Source of the DNA: Fibrobacterota bacterium
Lineage (GTDB): Bacteria > Fibrobacterota > Chitinivibrionia > Chitinivibrionales > Chitinispirillaceae
Length of the DNA: 64,000 bases
Assembly: GCA_023436205.1 (NCBI GenBank)
Contig: JAEZKC010000055.1
Location: 9,542-73,541 of the forward strand
Reading direction: 5' to 3'
A model generated the notes under the pieces. It saw only the letters and a program-made list of their open reading frames with translations, made no database searches and was not told the DNA's origin. The translations under genes and the position numbers were made by a program. Positions within the stretch are counted from its first letter, which is position 1, and each line of letters begins with the position of its first letter. This document shows, in pieces, positions 56,644 through 64,000 of this stretch.

Positions 56644-59600
56644 ATGAAGACGTTGGGCGTTTGTTTTGGTGCTACTACAATTCAGTATGTCAAGTTGAAC
56701 GCGGATGGCAATTCTGTGGCGGTGGAGCACACAGGCCGTGTGGCGCATGAGGGCGATCCCAAAAAGGTAATCCTTGCTCTTCTTAATGAAGGTGTCTGTT
56801 CAGATGTGGACAGAATTGCTGTTACGGGCAGAGCGTTTCGCTCCAGCATTGACTTGTCAAATATCTCCGAACCGGAAGCGGTGGAGTGCGCCCTGAGGGC
56901 TGAATATGAAGGTAAAGAGTTTCCTGAACTGGTCATTAGCTCCGGGGGAGAGACCCAGCTTGTTTATGTGATCAATTCCAAAGGCGGCATTAGTTCCGTT
57001 CACTCGGGAAATAAGTGTGCTTCTGGAACCGGAGAATTCTTCCTCCAGCAGATCCGGCGTATGGGGATGACTCTTGAGGAGGCCGTGGAGCTGGCCAATA
57101 AGGGAACCCCTCATAAAATTGCCGGCCGCTGCAGTGTGTTCTGCAAAAGCGACTGCACACATGCATTGAATAAAGGTGAACCCCGCGAAAACATCGCCGC
57201 AGGTTTGTGCCTGATGATGGCCGACAAGATTTCAGAGCTGGTGAAGGACATGGATTGCGATCGGGCCGTCCTTATCGGCGGGGGATCACTCAACACTGCA
57301 ATGGTCAAGATCCTGCAGGAACGTTTCAATAACCTTGACGTGCTTTCTTCGGCTGCTGTATTTGAAGCCTATGGTGCCGCGCTTTGGGCTACCGAGCATG
57401 AATGTGTTCCATTGCCTTCCGATCATGCATCTGTCATTCACGACGCCCCCTCATCATTTGGCAGACATGCTCCTTTGAAGGATGCTCTCGGCCTTGTTTC
57501 CTTTAAATCAATGAAAAAGGGGGAAGCCGATGACGGTGATGAATGTATCATGGGTCTTGATGTGGGTTCCACCACTACTAAGGCTGTGCTCCTGCGCACA
57601 AATGACAGGGCTGTTGTCGCATCCATTTACCTGCGCACCAATGGTGACCCCATACAGGCTTCCCGCAACTGCTATAAAGAAATAAAGAAGCAAATCGGAG
57701 ATAAAAAACTCAGCATCACCGGTCTGGGCGTAACCGGTTCTGGAAGACAGATCGCAGCTCTGCATGCGCTTACAGATAATGTTATCAACGAAATTATTGC
57801 TCACGCCACTGCTGCTGCATACTTCGACAAGGATGTGGATACCATTTTTGAGATTGGTGGTCAGGATGCCAAATACACGTATCTGACCGGCGGTGTACCT
57901 TCAGATTACGCCATGAATGAGGCATGCAGCGCGGGAACTGGTTCTTTCCTTGAAGAATCTGCTCGTGAATCTCTCAATGTGCTTACCGAAGAGATAGGCG
58001 ACAGGGCACTTATGGGGAAATGCCCCCCTAACTTTACCGATCAGTGCTCCGCCTTCATTTCAAGCGACATCAAAATGGCCGGGCAGGAAGGCATCGGCAA
58101 GGATGATATCCTGGCTGGTCTGGTGTACTCGGTCTGTCTTAATTACCTCAACAGAGTCAAGGGTTCACGCCCGATCGGTAAAAAGATATTCATGCAGGGC
58201 GGAGTCTGCTACAATAAGGCTGTGCCGGTGGCCATGGCTTCACTTATGCAGCATGAGATCATCGTGCCTCCCGAACCGGGTTTGATGGGAGCTTTTGGTG
58301 TTGCACTTGAAACTGCCAATCGCATCGATTTGAAAATTTCTGAAACTGCAGAATTCAATCTCGATGAACTTATCGAGCGTGAAGCCAAGCGTGAAGGAAG
58401 CTTTGTATGTGCGGGAGGCAAGGAAAAGTGCGATCGCAAATGCGAAATATCCCGTATCAGAGTGAATGACAAACTCTATCCGTTTGGTGGTGTGTGTAAT
58501 AAATACTATAACATGCGCCTTAACAAGGAAGTTGATGTCGAGGAGCTTGATCTGGTGGCGGTTCGCAATCATCTGCTCTTTAATGAATTCGGCATAAAAG
58601 ATGAGCAGCCCCCTGTGGAACAGGACAAGCCTACTCGCACCGTGGGCATTATGAGGACATTCCTTTCGCATACCTTTTATCCGCTGTACTCAAACTATTT
58701 TCATGAGATGGGTTTTAAGGTGGTTCTTTCCGACAAGATAGAACCGGAAGGTATTGCTCGTATCGAAGCTGCTTTCTGTTTGCCCGCTGAATTGACTCAC
58801 GGAAGCTTTCTGAATCTGCTCAATCAGAAACCTGACTATATTTTCCTGCCCCAGGTTTCTCAGATTCCAGTGCCTAATGTACCAACATACAGTAAGGTCT
58901 GTGTATTTGTGCAGGGAGAGCCCTATTATCTTAAAACAACTTTCCGAAGAGAAATAGAGCAGTCCCAAACAGTGGTGCTTTCACCAGTGTTGCGTATGGA
59001 TGGACGTTTCGAGAGAGCTGAAAACGCCCTCATCGAGATGGCCATCGCCATGGGAGTTGATGAGAAGAAAGCTAAAGATTCATTCAGAAAAGCCTGTTCA
59101 AAACAGCGTGCCTTTGAAAGGGAACTTCAGAACCGCGGACGTCAGGCTCTTGAGCATCTCGACAAAAACCCCGATACTTTCGGTCTGGTTGTGTTCGGTC
59201 GTCCGTATAATTCCTTTGCATCCGATGCCAACATGGGAATTCCACACAAAGCGGCTTCCCGGGGATTTTTAGTAATCCCTTATGATATGCTTCCAGCCGC
59301 TGAGTATGAAGTAAACAAAAAGATGTATTGGGGTATGGGGCAGAAGATCATGAAGGCTGCTCAGTTTGTCAAGGAAAGGGATAACCTTTTCGGGATTTAT
59401 ATAACTAACTTCTCCTGCGGGCCGGACTCTTTTGTGCTCGGCTATTTCCGCAATCTCATGAAGAGCAAGCCATCATTGACACTTGAACTTGACCAGCACA
59501 CTGCCGATGCCGGAATTGATACACGAATAGAAGCTGCAGTTGACATTATGCAGAGTTATCGCCGGATTCAGAAGACCCTGCCTCCGGAGGATACCTCCTT

Positions 59601-61044
59601 TGTCCCCTGTCGGGTGGTGGACGGAAAAGAAGCAGTGGTTATCGATTCAAAAGGCAACAGCTACTCTCTTACTGATCCCAGAGTGGAGCTTTTGCTTCCC
59701 TCTATGGGACGTTACGGTACCGAAGCCACAGCTGCGGTGCTCAGAAGTATCGGTATCGATGCCCGGGCATTGCCTGTGGCTGATAAGGAAGTGTTGAATC
59801 TTGGTCGCAAAAACACCAGCTGTAAAGAGTGTGTTCCCTACATCGTGACAACCGGATCTTTTCTCACCTACCTTAAGCAGCGTAAAGACCCCAATAAGAT
59901 CAGTCTCTTCTTTATGGCTACCGGTGGAGGTCCCTGCAGATTGGGCCAGTACGGAACCGCAGTAACTCAGCTTATTGAAAAACAGAAAATCCCCAACGCA
60001 GCCATGTTCATGATGACTGATGAAAACGGTTATGCCGGGCTGGGCGCTCGTAATCTGCTCAAGGCCTGGCAGGGTATCGTCGTTTCAGATGTCTTCGGGG
60101 ATATTAGGAGCATGGTTTCCGTAGCCGCAAAGGATCGCGATGAGGCGCTGGAGATTGTGGAAGACTGCTGGCAGCAGCTCATAAGGTACTTTGAAGGCAA
60201 GCTCTCAACACGCTTTTCCACACTGCTTACCATAGTGGCAAAACGTCTCTCCGAGATTCCTCTCAAGGTAAAACCCTCGGAGGTGCCGGTGATCTCCCTT
60301 ATCGGGGAAATATTTGTGAGAAGGGATGAGTTCTGTCGCAAAAATATCGTCGATTACCTCGAAAAGAACGGATTCATGGTGAAAGTGGCACCGGTGCATG
60401 AGTACCTCTGCTACAGTAACTATGTGCTTAACGCCAAGCTCGGCGAAAGAGAATTCGAATTCAAGGACATGTTTAAAATTCGCCTCACCTCCCAGATTCA
60501 GGAATGGTGGGAGCGCAGAATAAAATCGATTCTGTCGGAAAGTGGAGTTTATCACTTTGAAATGGTGGAAATCGAAAAGACTATAGAATCGGCATTGCAT
60601 CTTATGAACATCCATTTCAGAGGTGAGGCCATTCTTACCGTTGGTCTGGCGCTCAGGGAAATTCTTAACGATTCCTGTGGTATCATCTCTATCGGACCGT
60701 TTGGCTGTATGCCCTCCAGGGTTGCCGAATCAGTCCTGAAGAAGGAGATGAATGTGATTGGCAAGTCCAGAATTCCAGGCTGGAAGGAAAAGGCTCATGA
60801 TTACGCCGATATTGGTGAATTCCCCTTCCTGGCGATAGAAACCGATGGCAGCCCGTTCCCTCAGCTTATCGAGGCTAACATGGAGGCGTTCGTACTGCAG
60901 GCTCGTCGTCTCGATGAGTTCCATCGTCAGTATAAGAAAAACAACAAATCAAATCAGGGTTTTTCTATGAAGGGATTTTCTTCAAAGATCTATGATCTGG
61001 TAAGTGCCAATTCTTTCGGTCTTTTATCAAAAAGAAGAGCATAA
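56644..61044 (+). CDS. Giant fusion protein: two BcrA/BadF/HgdC-type ATPase (activase) domains plus a Cys-rich 2-hydroxyacyl-CoA-dehydratase-related (DUF2229-like) C-terminal half
   Basis: Two actin-fold ATPase modules, each with a cluster-ligand pair (NKCASGTGEF/CSVFCKSD and EACSAGTGSF/QCSAFISSD). The C-terminal half has conserved Cys contexts (NFSCGPDSF, GGGPCRLGQY, GPFGCMPS). Confidence 0.8.
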   Translation: MKTLGVCFGATTIQYVKLNADGNSVAVEHTGRVAHEGDPKKVILALLNEGVCSDVDRIAVTGRAFRSSIDLSNISEPEAVECALRAEYEGKEFPELVISSGGETQLVYVINSKGGISSVHSGNKCASGTGEFFLQQIRRMGMTLEEAVELANKGTPHKIAGRCSVFCKSDCTHALNKGEPRENIAAGLCLMMADKISELVKDMDCDRAVLIGGGSLNTAMVKILQERFNNLDVLSSAAVFEAYGAALWATEHECVPLPSDHASVIHDAPSSFGRHAPLKDALGLVSFKSMKKGEADDGDECIMGLDVGSTTTKAVLLRTNDRAVVASIYLRTNGDPIQASRNCYKEIKKQIGDKKLSITGLGVTGSGRQIAALHALTDNVINEIIAHATAAAYFDKDVDTIFEIGGQDAKYTYLTGGVPSDYAMNEACSAGTGSFLEESARESLNVLTEEIGDRALMGKCPPNFTDQCSAFISSDIKMAGQEGIGKDDILAGLVYSVCLNYLNRVKGSRPIGKKIFMQGGVCYNKAVPVAMASLMQHEIIVPPEPGLMGAFGVALETANRIDLKISETAEFNLDELIEREAKREGSFVCAGGKEKCDRKCEISRIRVNDKLYPFGGVCNKYYNMRLNKEVDVEELDLVAVRNHLLFNEFGIKDEQPPVEQDKPTRTVGIMRTFLSHTFYPLYSNYFHEMGFKVVLSDKIEPEGIARIEAAFCLPAELTHGSFLNLLNQKPDYIFLPQVSQIPVPNVPTYSKVCVFVQGEPYYLKTTFRREIEQSQTVVLSPVLRMDGRFERAENALIEMAIAMGVDEKKAKDSFRKACSKQRAFERELQNRGRQALEHLDKNPDTFGLVVFGRPYNSFASDANMGIPHKAASRGFLVIPYDMLPAAEYEVNKKMYWGMGQKIMKAAQFVKERDNLFGIYITNFSCGPDSFVLGYFRNLMKSKPSLTLELDQHTADAGIDTRIEAAVDIMQSYRRIQKTLPPEDTSFVPCRVVDGKEAVVIDSKGNSYSLTDPRVELLLPSMGRYGTEATAAVLRSIGIDARALPVADKEVLNLGRKNTSCKECVPYIVTTGSFLTYLKQRKDPNKISLFFMATGGGPCRLGQYGTAVTQLIEKQKIPNAAMFMMTDENGYAGLGARNLLKAWQGIVVSDVFGDIRSMVSVAAKDRDEALEIVEDCWQQLIRYFEGKLSTRFSTLLTIVAKRLSEIPLKVKPSEVPVISLIGEIFVRRDEFCRKNIVDYLEKNGFMVKVAPVHEYLCYSNYVLNAKLGEREFEFKDMFKIRLTSQIQEWWERRIKSILSESGVYHFEMVEIEKTIESALHLMNIHFRGEAILTVGLALREILNDSCGIISIGPFGCMPSRVAESVLKKEMNVIGKSRIPGWKEKAHDYADIGEFPFLAIETDGSPFPQLIEANMEAFVLQARRLDEFHRQYKKNNKSNQGFSMKGFSSKIYDLVSANSFGLLSKRRA

Positions 61045-61065
61045 CACCTCTTTTAAAATTCAGCG

Positions 61066-61104
61066 GGGGAAGGGCTTCTCGGAAGCTCTTCCCCTTGCTG
61101 TTTT
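61066..61104 (+). terminator. Rho-independent terminator
   Basis: GGGGAAGGGCTTC-tcg-GAAGCTCTTCCCC followed by TTGCTGTTTT. Confidence 0.75.
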
Positions 61105-61187
61105 CTACGCAGTTCTCCTTTCATTTGCCCGCTTACACCCAGAAATAAAGTGGTCTGATCTTTGATGCATTTCTATAGGGGCAAAAT

Positions 61188-61604
61188 TTGTTGTTGCAGA
61201 GATCAAAGGAGAGGCATGTGTCCTATTATTTTGCGAAAACAGTTGAAGAAAACTTCGAAAATTCAGAAATAAAGGTTAAAGAGCTCCTTAAGCAGCAGGG
61301 GTTTGGTGTTCTTACCGAAATAGATGTGCAGGCCACTTTAAAAATGAAACTTAATGCTGATTTTCGTAAATACAATATATTGGGTGCCTGTAATCCCCCT
61401 TTTGCGTACAAGGCGCTCCTTTCGGAAGGGAAAATAGGATTGATGCTTCCCTGTAACGTGGTCATACAGGAAACCGGTAATGGTTTTACTGAGGTGGCTG
61501 TAATTGATCCTCTGGCCAGCATGTCTGCCGTTCAGAATGAAAGCTTGAGTGATGTGGCTGTACAGATTCAGCACAAGCTCAAGGCTGTCATCGATATGCT
61601 CTGA
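61188..61604 (+). CDS. DUF302-family protein
   Basis: VKELLKQQGFGVLTEIDVQATLK...YNILGACNPPFAYKAL...LMLPCNVVIQE fits the DUF302 pattern. The real start is probably the GTG at 61218 (VSYYFAKTV). Confidence 0.7.
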   Translation: MLLQRSKERHVSYYFAKTVEENFENSEIKVKELLKQQGFGVLTEIDVQATLKMKLNADFRKYNILGACNPPFAYKALLSEGKIGLMLPCNVVIQETGNGFTEVAVIDPLASMSAVQNESLSDVAVQIQHKLKAVIDML

Positions 61605-61642
61605 ACAGCTTTTTATAGCTAATCCAGAACCCTTATTGAAAA

Positions 61643-63076
61643 ATGCTGCACTACGGGAGGGAAGGTATGCAGGCCAAACTCAGGAATGCCAATTACCTGT
61701 CTCATGAAGAGTTCTACTCTTTCAGCCTCAGTCTATTGAATATTACAACATTTAATACAGGTACCGAAAAACAGATAGAGGACTTTCGGTCTTTGTTTAT
61801 GAAGTACTATGATCTTCTTAAAGCTTGTTCAAGCAATGCAATCTGGCCTATTCTCGATGAATATGAGAAAAGAAGGTATGTTTTATGGGAGCATATCAGC
61901 GAAACTATCGGGGATAATCTTGATATCAGTTTCAGTAGCGAGGATCTGGCGTTGCTCGAGCAGTTCGATGTCGACCCGCTAGAAGCACTGATGAAAATCC
62001 CCACCTTCAAAGCATCATGGGATCTTGTTGAATCTGATGGCAGTTACCATGTGGCTTTCGACAGGCGTACAGAAGGGTATTACTGGTTGCCTGATGAAAT
62101 GGAGGTGCTTATAAGCAATTTCCTTGATGAAAAGAATCAGTCTGTATGTGAAACAGCCGGAATTATCTCTTTTGTCGATGAAATGAGAGAAGTCGAGAAG
62201 TACATAGAAATGCTCTCGTTCCGATTGGAAAACAATGACATTCTCAATGAACTGCGCCTTACCCGTTTTTTCATGATGCATAGAATTGAACATTCGGGGA
62301 TTGCGAGCCGGTTTAGTGCCAAAAGACCGCGCGATTTCAAATTTGTTAATGCGAGAGTGCTTCTTGCCGATCAACTCAGAGAAAAATTCGAAATAGACAG
62401 AATGCAGACATTCTCTTATGATCAGTTGATGCTTTCCGAATACCCGCGCTTCGCAAAGTTGTGGCAAGAAAAGCTCAATGAATTATCCTTGTATCCATCG
62501 TTCGAGAAATCACTAAAGAGGAGACTTGCAGAATTTATCAGAATCATGAATAAATTCCGCAATCATGAATTGTGGGAACAGTTTGAGGCTGCTGAAAACG
62601 AGTTTTGTCGGGAATGCTATTTACTGCTGGACAAGGTGAGCAGTTTTTGCTTCAGTATCGATATGGGTGATACTGAGTGTACCGAATTACTTGGTGAATC
62701 CGATCAGGCCTTGGCGGTCTCGGAGCTTTTACAGTTTCTCGACAAGAAGGCTGAAAAACTGTTTTATCGCTGGTCTCCTGATTGCCCTATCGATTATTCC
62801 CTGTTTCAATCTGTTGTGCAAAAATGGAATAATGTGGAATGTTCGGCAAATCTTCTCACCATAGATGCTCTTGATCTGTTTGGCAGTGTCCAGATTCTTA
62901 ATTGTAAGGTGAATATGATTGCCACTCAGATTGAACATCTGGATAGCCGTGCAGATTTGGCTGCTCTCCGGCATAAACGATTCCGTTTATCAGAAATGAT
63001 GGGCGCGCTGCAGTTTATTGCCGATCACGGTACCCACGATATGAAAATTAAAAGAACTGGTTCCAAAGCTAAATGA
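61643..63076 (+). CDS. Hypothetical helical protein (477 aa), no recognisable family
   Basis: A long uninterrupted ORF with coding-like composition and no motif I can name. Its stop abuts the stop of the convergent MBL gene. Confidence 0.5.
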   Translation: MLHYGREGMQAKLRNANYLSHEEFYSFSLSLLNITTFNTGTEKQIEDFRSLFMKYYDLLKACSSNAIWPILDEYEKRRYVLWEHISETIGDNLDISFSSEDLALLEQFDVDPLEALMKIPTFKASWDLVESDGSYHVAFDRRTEGYYWLPDEMEVLISNFLDEKNQSVCETAGIISFVDEMREVEKYIEMLSFRLENNDILNELRLTRFFMMHRIEHSGIASRFSAKRPRDFKFVNARVLLADQLREKFEIDRMQTFSYDQLMLSEYPRFAKLWQEKLNELSLYPSFEKSLKRRLAEFIRIMNKFRNHELWEQFEAAENEFCRECYLLLDKVSSFCFSIDMGDTECTELLGESDQALAVSELLQFLDKKAEKLFYRWSPDCPIDYSLFQSVVQKWNNVECSANLLTIDALDLFGSVQILNCKVNMIATQIEHLDSRADLAALRHKRFRLSEMMGALQFIADHGTHDMKIKRTGSKAK

Positions 63077-63796
63077 TTAGTTAAACTGCAGTTCCTTATA
63101 ATCACAACTCCCGTAGTGTGCGGTAAATACCTTATTTAATGAAGGGATGTTTTTCAATTTCAGTATAGATCTTTTCTGCAGTTCGCCATCCATGTTGAAT
63201 CTGGCATTGAAAAGTTCAGCTCTATTGCCATCAAGTTTAATGCAATCACCGGTAAAGAGATACCTGTCATTTACAACGTAGCATATGCTTCCCGGCGTGT
63301 GGCCCGGTGTGGAAACCCCTTTAACAATGCAATTGCCCAGCGTGATAGGCTCTTCTGATAACAATGTGTAAGGAACAGAAAGCTTGTTGCGCATTCCGGG
63401 ACCGCGCGCGACGTTTCCGTTTACCATCTGCTCTTCTTGTTTTGACAGGTATACTATTGCATCATCGAAAATGGAGAGCCCGGCTGTATGGTCGAAATCA
63501 GAATGGGTTAGAAAAACAGCCTTGACTTGAGCTGGACTGATTCCCAGCTTTTCCATTTCTGACAAAGCCTTTTTATTGCTGGTTCCGGCATCAATGGCAA
63601 AGTATTCTTCATCACTGCAGGCCACCAAATATAAATTCACGAAATCAGTTTTGATTGCATAGAGGTCATCGGTAATCTTTCCCGACGGCAAAGGGCGCAT
63701 TGCATTGAGTTCTGCTCTATACTGAAAAAGGAAGAAACCTGCTGCGGCTATAAACAGAACCAATACTGCAGAAACAACTATCAGTACTTTCTTCAT
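63077..63796 (-). CDS. Membrane-anchored metallo-beta-lactamase-fold hydrolase
   Basis: N-terminal TM helix. MBL motif variant LTHSDFDHTAG (HxDxDH in place of HxHxDH), then TPGHTPGS. Confidence 0.7.
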   Translation of the reverse strand: MKKVLIVVSAVLVLFIAAAGFFLFQYRAELNAMRPLPSGKITDDLYAIKTDFVNLYLVACSDEEYFAIDAGTSNKKALSEMEKLGISPAQVKAVFLTHSDFDHTAGLSIFDDAIVYLSKQEEQMVNGNVARGPGMRNKLSVPYTLLSEEPITLGNCIVKGVSTPGHTPGSICYVVNDRYLFTGDCIKLDGNRAELFNARFNMDGELQKRSILKLKNIPSLNKVFTAHYGSCDYKELQFN

Positions 63797-64000
63797 AAGT
63801 ATCTCCTGAATGTGTGAATGACTCAGATAATATAGTTTTCCTGAGACGGGGATAGGTTTTTTACAGTTGAATTACATTTTTCTTTTATATTTCAGCCCTG
63901 GAATATCTCCTACACTGACCTGAAATCAGAGTAGAATCATTCATTTTAAAAAAAAAGTGACACTTTTCCTCTCCTGTGGTGTTTAAAGGTTACAATGGGA

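Overview
This window looks like a chromosomal segment of a diderm (LPS-producing) bacterium. Shine-Dalgarno sites (GGAGG) are visible upstream of many genes. I recognised no rRNA, tRNA or CRISPR array.

Gene content is mostly housekeeping:
- An alpha-glucan/trehalose block: glgE, a treS-maltokinase fusion and treZ, with a GH57 branching enzyme plus a DUF4912-like partner further on.
- The glycine cleavage operon gcvT-H-PA-PB.
- A translationally coupled run: GGDEF regulator, waaA, holA, truA, htrA, gatA, an NlpC/P60 peptidase and pheA.
- rpmB, comEC, an HU-like protein, several small outer-membrane beta-barrels, and signalling proteins (HDOD, REC-GGDEF, STAS, REC-GHKL kinase).

The most unusual signal is in the DNA rather than the proteins. 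A roughly 90-nt conserved intergenic element (core AGGCGTCTTCGCCGTTAA) occurs 7 times between 16 and 40 kb.
- Three inverted pairs share the same geometry and are bounded on the outside by TTAA.
- One pair brackets an Rpn-family PD-(D/E)XK nuclease ('putative transposase') gene, one brackets a small OMP gene, and one is 'empty' with a 55-nt spacer.
- Copy G, one arm of the pair around the Rpn gene, abuts a truncated recQ remnant.
- This is compatible with a TIR-bounded mobile or recombinogenic element family that I do not recognise from the literature.

The same regions hold related 7/14-nt tandem arrays in inverted orientation around a 4-kb segment, a 45-nt tandem array, and heptamer arrays upstream of two OMP genes.

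Secondary items:
- A class-B radical SAM / carrier protein / NadE-like operon.
- A 1466-aa double-activase fusion protein divergent from a transglutaminase-like orphan.
- An M50-like protein lacking HExxH.
- A decayed vapC next to an intact antitoxin-like gene.
- Tandem-repeat expansions in the C-termini of both Rpn paralogs.

All calls rest on reading the sequence and recalling motifs. No searches were run.
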